From IMG/VR virus record IMGVR_UViG_3300050122_000130, positions 1 through 64,000 of that record: 64,000 nt of DNA; one strand, written 5' to 3'. Shown here piece by piece: positions 6,688 through 15,996 of this stretch. Source of the DNA: a virus. The first letter of the stretch is position 1; every line of letters starts with the position of its first letter. A program made the position numbers and the translations under genes. Under the pieces are notes generated by a model that was not told the DNA's origin, made no database searches, and worked only from the letters and a program-made list of their open reading frames with translations.

Positions 6688-8787
6688 CTACATCCTCAAT
6701 TTTACGGTCATATTATTGAGATTGAATGCCGTGTAGGTCCCGGCGTTGGCGTATTCAACGGTTTGGACAAAGTGGAATCCTGTCTGCGCAGAGAGACCTC
6801 CAGAATACCATAGCTCTCCGGTCACAGGTGACGATGAAAGCTGATTGAAGAATATGCCTTGGATATTCGCACTGATGCAACTAGTGCCGTCTAAGCAGAC
6901 GCCACCTTCAGTTCCAGACCCAGGAGAAGATGGAGTGTTCACTTCAAGTAAACCACTCACTAGAATCCCGTCTAGCGGCATTCCTGAAACGAAGGAAGTC
7001 CTGTTTCCTATAGAGTTGTTGAGCGGGCGGAATGTGGCTGTTCCATACGTCCATGACGTTGTTGCGTCGCCAGTCGTGCTGACGACATCAACTCTATTGT
7101 AATAATTCCAAACTCCTAGAACCCCAGGCGTACCGCCAACTGTGATTGCTCCGAATTGGAATGCCGTCAAGCCGTTGTTGGTTGCGAATACGGTCCCTAG
7201 ATAGGTCGCCTGATTGGCGGCAACGCTGCCGTAATTGGTAGAGCCGTTGAAGCAATTCGCGATTGAGTTTTTGTTTGTGACATATGACCTAGTCACAAAG
7301 TCGAGCTGGCTGTAGCCGGTGCCGCGCGCGGCGTTGCTGCCGCCTGTATCAGAAGCCCATCCGCCGCCGCCGCCGGTTGCCGACGACATCGCCATACAGA
7401 TGCGGTTAGTTCCAGAATGAACCCACCACACGTCGTAGACCTGAGAACCTACGACCTGCCCGGCGCTCGCCGCGGAGACCATCGCGTCCGTCACCTCGCA
7501 CGAACTAATCGTGTCGATCAGGTCGACGGAGCCATTGTAGTACGGTACCTGGCCGCCGACGTAGCAGTCATAGCGAAGCGTCCCTTGGTTGGCGCACGGA
7601 GAGCCGCTGCATGAGTTTTGCCCCATCACAGGGGTATTGGCTGCGAGAGTGATGCGGCCCTGCGGAGAAGGTACAGCTCCACTTATCGTGATCGTTCCTG
7701 TAGATGTAATCGGGTTGGTGCCGGAGAGAGCTATGCCACTGCCGGCAGCCAGAGTGACGCTGGTCACAGTACCAGTGCCGGTCAGAGTCGCCCACGACGG
7801 AGCGCCGGACGCGTTCTCCTGGAGGACCTGCGTCCCGGAGTTGTTGCCGGCTAGCAGAGCCCACGCCGTCCCTGTCCAGTACACGACGTCGCCTGCGCGC
7901 GTCGGAGTCGGAAGCAACGCAGCGATGGCTAGGGTGGCCGTCGCCTGCCCGGTGCCTCCATTGGCGATCGGAGTTATGCCGGTGACGCCACCATTGCCGC
8001 TCGCCGCCAGATTGACCGACGACATAAACGAACCGGAGATAGTTCCGGAGTTGATGGCCGATCCCGGTATAGATGGAGATCCTCCCAGCGAATAAGTGCC
8101 TGTGACGGTTCCGCTAAGTATTGGAGTGGTTATCGTCGGTGTACTGAGAGCCGCCGTAGTAATCGATGGCGAAATAGAGAGCGCAACATTTCCAGCGCCC
8201 GTGGTGGGAATATTACCCAACACACCAGCATTATTGGTCAGCACGTATCCGGAGGTACCAGACGCAACCGTCGTGGTTCCGATCGAGATCGTTCCGGCCG
8301 AGGCGGTGATCGTACAAGCCCCACCGAGAGTACACGTTTGTCCATTGACGGTCGTCGAGGCATTCGCCAAATCCGCGTTGGTGACGAGCCCGATCGCGGT
8401 GAATGACCCTGTGACAACCAGGTTAGATATGGTCCCTCCGGTGGCCGAGGCGAAAGGCCCCACTGTCCCACCATTGACCTGGGCGAATAGACCTGCCGCT
8501 GTCATCCACATATTGCCGTTAACCGGCGATGTCGGAGCGGTACCAGGCAGAATGCTAAAGCCGGCTACGCCTGCCGTTGAAGATGCTGTGACGAGAGGCC
8601 CCGTCATATTGCCGCCAGTAATCAAAAGCGGCGCGGCACCGAGATAATCCTGCTTGTTGATGAACAGTTGATTCCACTGTGCAGGAGTTAGCACTTGACC
8701 GAATGTCAAGTTGGGCGACGTCTGCGCAAACGCAGCGCCAACGGACAGCCACAGACCAACCGCGAACGCGGCAATCTTTTTCATCAT
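6688..8787 (-). CDS. distal tail fibre / receptor-binding protein with Sec signal peptide
   Basis: MMKKIAAFAVGLWLSVGAAFA-Q; fibre motifs PIANGGTG and GTVTSV; 10 Cys. Confidence 0.8.
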   Translation of the reverse strand: MMKKIAAFAVGLWLSVGAAFAQTSPNLTFGQVLTPAQWNQLFINKQDYLGAAPLLITGGNMTGPLVTASSTAGVAGFSILPGTAPTSPVNGNMWMTAAGLFAQVNGGTVGPFASATGGTISNLVVTGSFTAIGLVTNADLANASTTVNGQTCTLGGACTITASAGTISIGTTTVASGTSGYVLTNNAGVLGNIPTTGAGNVALSISPSITTAALSTPTITTPILSGTVTGTYSLGGSPSIPGSAINSGTISGSFMSSVNLAASGNGGVTGITPIANGGTGQATATLAIAALLPTPTRAGDVVYWTGTAWALLAGNNSGTQVLQENASGAPSWATLTGTGTVTSVTLAAGSGIALSGTNPITSTGTITISGAVPSPQGRITLAANTPVMGQNSCSGSPCANQGTLRYDCYVGGQVPYYNGSVDLIDTISSCEVTDAMVSAASAGQVVGSQVYDVWWVHSGTNRICMAMSSATGGGGGWASDTGGSNAARGTGYSQLDFVTRSYVTNKNSIANCFNGSTNYGSVAANQATYLGTVFATNNGLTAFQFGAITVGGTPGVLGVWNYYNRVDVVSTTGDATTSWTYGTATFRPLNNSIGNRTSFVSGMPLDGILVSGLLEVNTPSSPGSGTEGGVCLDGTSCISANIQGIFFNQLSSSPVTGELWYSGGLSAQTGFHFVQTVEYANAGTYTAFNLNNMTVKLRM

Positions 8788-8800
8788 GATGCTACTCATT

Positions 8801-9433
8801 TCAAGCTGTCGGGAAATCTGGCATTTTCCACGCATCGATATTGTCGAGCGTGAGATCTTCGATGTCACTGTGCATCTGTGCCGCAGCATGCTGAATCGCC
8901 GCGATCGCGCTTCGTCGCACATCTTGCTCTTGAAGGAACTTCTGATCTTCCGGAGAAAAGGATACTTGCGGCGGATTCGAAATTCCTACCGCAATGGCAA
9001 CTTTTTTGACTATACCAGCAGACTGCGTGGCATCGTTGGCTGCCTTGTGAGCCTCCGTCCGGATATTGTTTTCCTTTAGATTCAACATTCTGAGTTTACC
9101 AAACGGAACGATATTACTGATAGCGTTAGTTTCAGCGATCGACACTGTCCCGATCAAATCGTTTTTCTTGGTCCTCAGAATCTGATCCGCGGTCGGCATA
9201 TCATCGACAATCTTGAAGTCCGCTTCATTGTTTTCGTTGACGGATGCTCGAACAATAGGATGAGCATCTGGCCGCGGATATGCGACGTGTCGATCAATCG
9301 GAGAGACGTTGGAATTTTTATCCTGCTCAACGCGAGACATATGAGAACGCCAGTTTTTCATCTCAAATATATACGAGGCAATCTTCACCTCGAAATTTTC
9401 AGGAACTTGCGATTTCAAAACTGTGTTGGTCAT
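8801..9433 (-). CDS. tail fibre assembly/chaperone-like protein
   Basis: Lies between two fibre genes; helical with C-terminal I..W..PDF. Confidence 0.55.
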   Translation of the reverse strand: MTNTVLKSQVPENFEVKIASYIFEMKNWRSHMSRVEQDKNSNVSPIDRHVAYPRPDAHPIVRASVNENNEADFKIVDDMPTADQILRTKKNDLIGTVSIAETNAISNIVPFGKLRMLNLKENNIRTEAHKAANDATQSAGIVKKVAIAVGISNPPQVSFSPEDQKFLQEQDVRRSAIAAIQHAAAQMHSDIEDLTLDNIDAWKMPDFPTA

Positions 9434-10509
9434 AGCTTGAGATTCCAAAAGACAGTGATGTTTTGCGATACCGTATTATGCCCAGATCCAGATCCGGAGC
9501 TCGCGTTCGTCAGGGTGATGTTGGCGCCCGCCGTATTAGTCTGTGTCAGGTTGCCTATCTGCGGCTGAACTGCCGGGGCCGAATTACCCGAAAGGGCAGC
9601 GCCACCGGCTATAGCCAATGGACTAGAGAACCCATGTAGATGGCCAGGGTCGCTCAAAAAGTTGGCGTGAATATGTGAGCCGTTCTCGCTGCCTACCAAG
9701 GAATGAAGATTCTCACCAAGGACTGATGCTGGTGCCGTAGAGCTCCCCAATGTAACCGGGACTCCGACTAGCCTGGTGGTCGTCGGACCCAACATCGTAT
9801 CGATGCCGATCAGTCCGCGGCCGCGCATATCTGGCGTGGACAGGGCCTTGTTGGCATTGAAGTCAGCATCAGGATTAGCGCCTCGAGTCGAGGCTGCTCC
9901 AGTGCTGGTGAAGATCGGACAGGCCGTATTCGAGAAGTTCATCCAAATCGAACGGTAGGCCAGCAGAGTGTCTCCGTTGGCCCTTCCCGTGGCATTCGAA
10001 GCACCATTGCCGATCGTCAACGTGTTACATGCCACAAAGCCGGTCGGTACCGTCGATGAGAAAGACGGCACCGGCGTACCTGGCGCGATTCTACTTGGAT
10101 CGGGCACCCAATTCGCAGAGCCCGTAGAATCCGGATTGGTTGTATTGTTGTCTGCCGTCGACATCCAGAAGTCGCCTAGAACGACACTCGATTGAATGAT
10201 CGCTCCTTGCGGATATCCGCCGCTCGCGCCGCTGGCAAACGTGGCATCGTAATAGATCGGAGCACCGGCCTCGAACCACTGGCTCCATAGCGTGATCTGA
10301 TTCAGGATACCGTTGAAATCCTCGCCGAACGGCGGCACGCCGCCTGCCGCCACAGGCTGGAAATTAAGCGGCGGGAATCCATCTGTTAGAGAGGCTGCAC
10401 CACCCTGAATTCCGATCTGCGATGCTTGCGGTATCGCCCTGATAAAGCCGCCGCCGGCGCCGGCGGCAAAAGCGATGTTGAAGCGCGGAGGTGTCGAAGC
10501 TCTCAACAT
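9430..10509 (-). CDS. proximal tail fibre with collar domain
   Basis: ASLTDGFPP..GGVPP..DFNGIL N-terminus; PTGFVACN..PDMRGR collar. Confidence 0.85.
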   Translation of the reverse strand: MLRASTPPRFNIAFAAGAGGGFIRAIPQASQIGIQGGAASLTDGFPPLNFQPVAAGGVPPFGEDFNGILNQITLWSQWFEAGAPIYYDATFASGASGGYPQGAIIQSSVVLGDFWMSTADNNTTNPDSTGSANWVPDPSRIAPGTPVPSFSSTVPTGFVACNTLTIGNGASNATGRANGDTLLAYRSIWMNFSNTACPIFTSTGAASTRGANPDADFNANKALSTPDMRGRGLIGIDTMLGPTTTRLVGVPVTLGSSTAPASVLGENLHSLVGSENGSHIHANFLSDPGHLHGFSSPLAIAGGAALSGNSAPAVQPQIGNLTQTNTAGANITLTNASSGSGSGHNTVSQNITVFWNLKL

Positions 10510-10511
10510 TT

Positions 10512-11177
10512 TTATAGCACCTGAACGACTGAGGAGGAGACACCAACCGGCTTCGGAAGGACTCCGGATTGTTCGAGAATCGCGAGTTCTACCGATGTCA
10601 GCAGAAAACCAAATTGATAGGTCATCGTCATGTTGTTCCCGTCTGTGACGAAAGCGTTGCCGCCTCGAGCTGGAAACAGGTTGAGCAAAATCTGATTGAT
10701 CGACTTGATAGATCCGTCAGAGATATTTGCGAGAGCCTTCGCCAAAATTAAAATGCGAAAAGCACTGTCCGATAGACTGAAGTTTGATGACAACGGAACG
10801 CCAGCATAAAACGGCGATTGACCGAAAGGATCCGCGCTGATCGTGGTTGCTTCCTCAAACCCGAAATATCTCTGACTTCCAGGGATAAATAGAGTTCGAG
10901 TCACGCCGACGATCGTTCCCCAAATATCGAGTCCGATTCCTTGAGCACTGGATATGTCCCGCATGAAATCGATAAAATTATCGATGTTTTGCGTTTGATC
11001 CAAGTAAGCAGAGAAATTCTGAATCAACGTCGTGATAATCGGGCTGTTGGCATATTGACTGATTACAGTGTCCCAAACGTCGAACAGCTCGATGTCGCCG
11101 ATCGGCGAAATTCCAATCACAAAACTTCCGATACTATTGGACCCAGCGACAAGCTGGTTTAGGTCCGGTCCGCTCAT
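10512..11177 (-). CDS. baseplate wedge protein (DUF2612-like)
   Basis: ISQYANSP..AQGIGLDIWGTIVGVTR; follows baseplate J. Confidence 0.85.
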   Translation of the reverse strand: MSGPDLNQLVAGSNSIGSFVIGISPIGDIELFDVWDTVISQYANSPIITTLIQNFSAYLDQTQNIDNFIDFMRDISSAQGIGLDIWGTIVGVTRTLFIPGSQRYFGFEEATTISADPFGQSPFYAGVPLSSNFSLSDSAFRILILAKALANISDGSIKSINQILLNLFPARGGNAFVTDGNNMTMTYQFGFLLTSVELAILEQSGVLPKPVGVSSSVVQVL

Positions 11178-11231
11178 TTGCTCGCACCCACATACTGGTG
11201 TAGACCGTATCCCTCAAGAACGGAGGAGCAT

Positions 11232-11684
11232 ATGGGTGTAGAAGCGTGGCCATTAAGGTTTTCCAGCAAGGTTGACATTCGAGGTCCTGACGAATGCTGG
11301 CCGTGGCTGGCAGTTCTCATTCCTGGCGGATACGGGCAATTTTGGTTTGAGGGCCGCATGGTAAATGCCCATGTTATGGCCGTCAGGTTTGCCGGCATCG
11401 AGATCCCGGATGGGCACGTCGTTCTGCACGATTGCGATTTCCGCAGATGCTGCAATCTGAACCACCTGATTGTAGGCACCCAAGCCGACAACATGAAAGA
11501 TATGGTCCACAAAGGAAGATCCGCCAAAGGCACTATGCACGGAAGCGCCATCCTCACAGATGACGATGTCAGAGAAATACTTAAGAAAAACGAAACCGCG
11601 GCTGAAGCCGCCGCAAAATATGGCGTATCGAGAGCTACGATAAACGATATCAGGCAGCGACTTTCGTGGACCCACATCACGTAA
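11232..11684 (+). CDS. free-standing HNH homing endonuclease with C-terminal HTH, antisense to the tail operon
   Basis: CWPW..GYG..AH..VLHDCD..CCNLNHL..GT..DN; GGAGG RBS. Confidence 0.9.
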   Translation: MGVEAWPLRFSSKVDIRGPDECWPWLAVLIPGGYGQFWFEGRMVNAHVMAVRFAGIEIPDGHVVLHDCDFRRCCNLNHLIVGTQADNMKDMVHKGRSAKGTMHGSAILTDDDVREILKKNETAAEAAAKYGVSRATINDIRQRLSWTHIT

Positions 11685-13098
11685 GTGTCACAACGATATT
11701 GCCGGCGTTGACCGTCGGCACCTGGTTGATGTTGACAGTTACCGAATTCGCCGTTGGCTTCACGCCGAACATCTGCTCGCTACTAACCGTTTGAGTGAGA
11801 TTCACCACCCACGCGGTACCGGATCCGGACTGGATGACGGTTCCTGGCAACACATTCCCTGACGCATCGACCACAGTCTGACCGATCGCGATCGTGCCCG
11901 TCGTCGCGGAGGTCGTCAGCGCTGTGCCGGCGATGACGCCGGTGAATGTTGCACCCGGAGAATTAGACGATCCTATCGTGAGAGAAATGATTTGCGCCCA
12001 CGTTCCAAGCGCAGCGATCGGCGCGTAGAACCGGCTGGCAAAGATCGTCGATCCGATCCTAGCTCGAGGACCCCCATCGGCGCCGGCGAACGCTGCGATG
12101 ATAGCATTCTGAATCAGCGTCGCTGCGTTGGATGGGACCTGTGGATTGTTGGCGATGTTGACCGCAAACAAGATCGGGAGCGCCGCCGGCGTCTCATAGG
12201 TGACGTTGTAGGAGGGATAGGGCGGCGAATATCCGGACCTGGTATCCTGAACCACCACCGTCGTGTTGCCGTTATAGGCGCACCCGGGAGCCTTCTTCGA
12301 CCAGATCGCTGTTGCAACAGCAGACTCCGACCCACCGACAACAGCCACATAGAGCGAATTGGCTGCCAGCGATACGCCGCCAATCGTCGCCGGCGTCGGA
12401 CTGTCGTTTTCGGTGACATAAGCATCGAGCACGCCTGCGACGCTAAGAACGGCGCCGAGAACAGAAGGCAGCGAACCTATCGAATTCACACCAACAGATT
12501 CAGCCATTCTCTCGGCGAAGGCCGTGGTACTTTCAGTGTCGTTTCCGACCACACCGTCAGACAAATTGTTGATGCTGTCCCAGCCCGGGATAGTTTGATA
12601 GATCACGTTCAGCGTGCCAGCGGGGCACACGATCGGGCCAGGTACATTGCACGCAAACGGTAGGACAATCGATCCACCTACCGGAATGGTCCCGCCTTGG
12701 GTGCAAGTGTAGATGTTACCGTCTTCAGCGAGGCCCAACGCGCCGGCGTTGATGACAACTCCGGTGCCTCCGGAACATGTTGCCTGAACCACAGTGGGCT
12801 CTGACGAATTGCGCTGCAGGAAATAGAGCTGAGCGATCGCGTCCTGAAAAACGCCGGATGCAAAATTAGGATTCGTCTGGTTGGTGAGAGCGATGAAAGT
12901 ATCGTTCGCTTGCGCGATAACCGCTGTCAGGCTGGATGCTAACTGTCCTTGTGGCGTGCTAAGCGATTGGTTGAGTCCTCCCCCGAAGGCCGCATCGAAA
13001 TCGGCCTGCACGCCCGTCAGAATGTCCTGCTGAGTCGGACCTGTAAATCCGGTTGCAGTGTTGAACGTGATCGGCGGGACATTGGTGGTGACTGCCAT
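11677..13098 (-). CDS. baseplate J-like protein
   Basis: STPQGQLASS, ASGVFQDAI, IPGWDS motifs; synteny. Confidence 0.9.
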   Translation of the reverse strand: MAVTTNVPPITFNTATGFTGPTQQDILTGVQADFDAAFGGGLNQSLSTPQGQLASSLTAVIAQANDTFIALTNQTNPNFASGVFQDAIAQLYFLQRNSSEPTVVQATCSGGTGVVINAGALGLAEDGNIYTCTQGGTIPVGGSIVLPFACNVPGPIVCPAGTLNVIYQTIPGWDSINNLSDGVVGNDTESTTAFAERMAESVGVNSIGSLPSVLGAVLSVAGVLDAYVTENDSPTPATIGGVSLAANSLYVAVVGGSESAVATAIWSKKAPGCAYNGNTTVVVQDTRSGYSPPYPSYNVTYETPAALPILFAVNIANNPQVPSNAATLIQNAIIAAFAGADGGPRARIGSTIFASRFYAPIAALGTWAQIISLTIGSSNSPGATFTGVIAGTALTTSATTGTIAIGQTVVDASGNVLPGTVIQSGSGTAWVVNLTQTVSSEQMFGVKPTANSVTVNINQVPTVNAGNIVVTLT

Positions 13099-13448
13099 CA
13101 GAACGCCGCCGCTGTTGTGACGCCGTTGGCGTCGGTGACCTGCACTTGGCCGCTAACGTTGCGTCCGACGATCGATGTAATGAAAACCGTGGCTGAAGCG
13201 ACGCCAGGAACAGTCAATGCCGCGGCGACGAATTTGGCTTTGATCAGCGTCACGTTAGGCGGGTTGCCGAATAGTTGCTGAAAATACGGCACGCCTTGCG
13301 ACGTATCGAACCAAAGCTCTCCAAGAAAAAGCTTGATCGCGCTCGCAGCATCCTGCGCGAGCGAATACGGATCTTCTGCGACGGCGATGTTGCCAGCGGA
13401 ATCCTTCATCAGATCCCAATTAACAGGCGACAAAAGCAGAGTTTTCAT
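13098..13448 (-). CDS. baseplate gp25-like / sheath initiator
   Basis: LFLGELWFDTSQGVPY; synteny. Confidence 0.8.
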   Translation of the reverse strand: MKTLLLSPVNWDLMKDSAGNIAVAEDPYSLAQDAASAIKLFLGELWFDTSQGVPYFQQLFGNPPNVTLIKAKFVAAALTVPGVASATVFITSIVGRNVSGQVQVTDANGVTTAAAF

Positions 13449-14068
13449 GGAATCGTTACCGGTACGCCGTTGACCTGGAAAACACCCGTCACGATGTTGA
13501 CGACGCCGGCTTTCATCTGGATCTGGTTTGCGTTCACATCGGTCATCGTCATGCCGGCGGCGGCGGTGACGATCTTATTGCCGTTCACGTCCTGGATGTT
13601 GATCCCGGTCTTTGTGAACTGCACATACTGCGTCGGCTCGCTTCCAAACAAGGTCCCGATATAGATCCCGTCGGCGAGATCGAACATGCGCCTCGATCCA
13701 GGCTGAGATTCCTTGCCACTGGTGGTCGCCACCACTGAACTATCTCGATCACAAACCGCCAGCCAGCCGACATCACCCTCCACCGGGTCGGCAATGACCG
13801 AACCATTGCCACAGCCGACTCGAGAGACCTGGATATTGTTGATAGTGCCGTGCGACGTAGAATTGTTCTGACCGTCAACCACCTTGACGAGAGGCTGCAC
13901 GCTGACTGTCGGCGGGACGCCGACACCGCCGCCTGTAACCGAGATCACCTTGACCTGGACAATCGTGCGGATATGAGCAAACGCTTGATCGATCTGGAAT
14001 TGATCCGCCAACCAGTCGTCCGCGCCGTCTTCCGGATCCTGCTGGGTATAATTTGAATCAGTTCCCAT
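13445..14068 (-). CDS. baseplate spike (gp138-like N-terminal OB fold)
   Basis: VSVQPLV..DPVEGDVG..CDRD..RMFDLADG. Confidence 0.85.
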   Translation of the reverse strand: MGTDSNYTQQDPEDGADDWLADQFQIDQAFAHIRTIVQVKVISVTGGGVGVPPTVSVQPLVKVVDGQNNSTSHGTINNIQVSRVGCGNGSVIADPVEGDVGWLAVCDRDSSVVATTSGKESQPGSRRMFDLADGIYIGTLFGSEPTQYVQFTKTGINIQDVNGNKIVTAAAGMTMTDVNANQIQMKAGVVNIVTGVFQVNGVPVTIP

Positions 14069-14963
14069 TGGTCACCGGCGTCGCGAATTTCGGGCTGCTA
14101 GCGAACAGAACAGATTCCCATTTACCGTTGACGGTCTGGCTCTCGAGCGCATGGTTGACGTTGTAGACATTCCACGTTGCGTTAGCCGGCGTAAGTTGCG
14201 AATCCTTAACTGTCACCTGCTTACCGATCGCAAATCCGGAATTATAGAGCGCCGTGAACATCATTCCGTTTGCGGTGTAGGCTGGGTAGCCGATTAGCGA
14301 TCCATCATTTGGCGTGATGATGATCGGATCGCCGCTACGGTTTTGAAACTTAGGCCAGATTGCCAACGTTCCACGATCGATCGTCGCATAGATGTCGGCG
14401 TGCTTTCGAACCTTGTTGTACATGTCACGAGGCGAACCATATAGGTACGTGTTCGAAAGCTGAGCCGTCACTCCATTGTTTTCGAATTGCAATCCCATCT
14501 GCTGAGCGATTTGCTGCATGACGGTAGAAACGGCAACTTTGCCATTGTAACTCAGCGGCGTAACCGAGCCTGCGGCAAACGCCGCTGCCGCATTCGCTGT
14601 AATGCGCATCGCCGCTTCAGGCTGATTGAAATCGATCACGCTGGCGATGATCCACCCGGCATAAGCTTGCTGAAGTCCTGAACCGTCGCCGGCCAAAAGA
14701 GAAATAGCGTTCTTCGGCAGCAGATTGATCTGAGTTCCGAATGTTGACAGCTGATTCATGACCGACAGGGGAAGTCCCCACACCGTCAAATCCATCCTGC
14801 TATCGACGCCCTGAACATTGTGCAGATCGGCCTTCATGCGCACGGCGTTCTGCGCCGGTCCTCCAAAGGTGATCGTATTTGAATCACTGCCGTTGAAGGT
14901 CGGCGTCGAGCTCGTCGGGTTGATTGTGATCGACGCCTGCAACTGCTTGATCGAAAACGTCAT
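14058..14963 (-). CDS. baseplate hub protein
   Basis: LTVWGL..MN.LS; FENNGV..L.N.YL.GS; synteny. Confidence 0.8.
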   Translation of the reverse strand: MTFSIKQLQASITINPTSSTPTFNGSDSNTITFGGPAQNAVRMKADLHNVQGVDSRMDLTVWGLPLSVMNQLSTFGTQINLLPKNAISLLAGDGSGLQQAYAGWIIASVIDFNQPEAAMRITANAAAAFAAGSVTPLSYNGKVAVSTVMQQIAQQMGLQFENNGVTAQLSNTYLYGSPRDMYNKVRKHADIYATIDRGTLAIWPKFQNRSGDPIIITPNDGSLIGYPAYTANGMMFTALYNSGFAIGKQVTVKDSQLTPANATWNVYNVNHALESQTVNGKWESVLFASSPKFATPVTNGN

Positions 14964-15298
14964 GTAGAAGCCGCCGCGGCGGCTGCGCCTGCCACCAGAT
15001 CTGCTGCTTCCCAATATTCCAAGAGATATCGGCCTGCAGATCCGAGCCCGGTATAGACTGGATCGGTCGAACCCTGCGTATCGGTAAACCAGAAATCTCC
15101 GATGAAACCGAGCGACGGATATCGGATGATCCGGTTTAGATTTTGACAGATGACACCGTTGCGCACTGGAATGTTGTTCACCGACAGATCAAAAAACAAA
15201 CCGTAGAATCTCGTCGACAGAGCGATCTGACATGACTGTCCGCCTAGCAAAATCGCAAATGTCTGGTTAGGTACGGCCTGCGTTGGAACGATCAGCAT
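14960..15298 (-). CDS. baseplate plug-like protein
   Basis: VPNQTF..LGGQSC..GF.GD..F.DTQG..DP.Y.GLG. Confidence 0.75.
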   Translation of the reverse strand: MLIVPTQAVPNQTFAILLGGQSCQIALSTRFYGLFFDLSVNNIPVRNGVICQNLNRIIRYPSLGFIGDFWFTDTQGSTDPVYTGLGSAGRYLLEYWEAADLVAGAAAAAAST

Positions 15299-15996
15299 CA
15301 GAAAAAAGGATTCCCTGGATTGGCTATTTCATTGTTGAAAGATGCCGATTGAGCGGGAGTCGGCGGGGTTGCCGTAGACTGACCGCCATTGACGACAGCA
15401 GACGCTCCTGGTGATTGTGGATTTCCGATCGCATCAAAATCATTGGCGACAATCGAATTAGGCGTCGCCGAAGCAGCGCTCGCATTCGATCCGGTCCCGC
15501 TGCTGCTGACGATCAGGCTTGCGGTGCGCACTTCCTCGCAGCCAACATCCACAGTCAGCAGCCCGGCGCCTTCCTGCGCCGTGCGGCGATAATCCTGATG
15601 GTTGAAGTTGAAGCCAATATAGGTCGCGTCCGGCGTCACGACGTCATAAAGGTTGGTGTCGCCGATCACTGAGGCAATCGAGTTAAGCATTCCAGAACGC
15701 TTTGCACTCGATCCGCCGGTGGAGAACCGGAACTTCACCTCCATCGGCTGCTGAACCTTGTTGTAGCTCGCGAAGGCTCCCTGCTCGACCGGATAGTTCG
15801 AAATCTTGAAATCCTGGCGGAATTCCATCGACAGCACATTGTCGGCGACCACAACGGGATCGCCGTTCAGAAAGATGCCCCACTGTGACGATACCGCGGC
15901 CGTGGATACGTCCGGACCGTCGGCGGTGATGAGTGGCACCTCCGAGAATAACGCAGCCGACGCGGCTGACAGTGCCGGCAAACCGGGTATGCTCAT
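15298..15996 (-). CDS. Dit-like / tube initiator baseplate protein
   Basis: ISNYPVEQGAFASYNKV; directly after the tape measure. Confidence 0.8.
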   Translation of the reverse strand: MSIPGLPALSAASAALFSEVPLITADGPDVSTAAVSSQWGIFLNGDPVVVADNVLSMEFRQDFKISNYPVEQGAFASYNKVQQPMEVKFRFSTGGSSAKRSGMLNSIASVIGDTNLYDVVTPDATYIGFNFNHQDYRRTAQEGAGLLTVDVGCEEVRTASLIVSSSGTGSNASAASATPNSIVANDFDAIGNPQSPGASAVVNGGQSTATPPTPAQSASFNNEIANPGNPFF

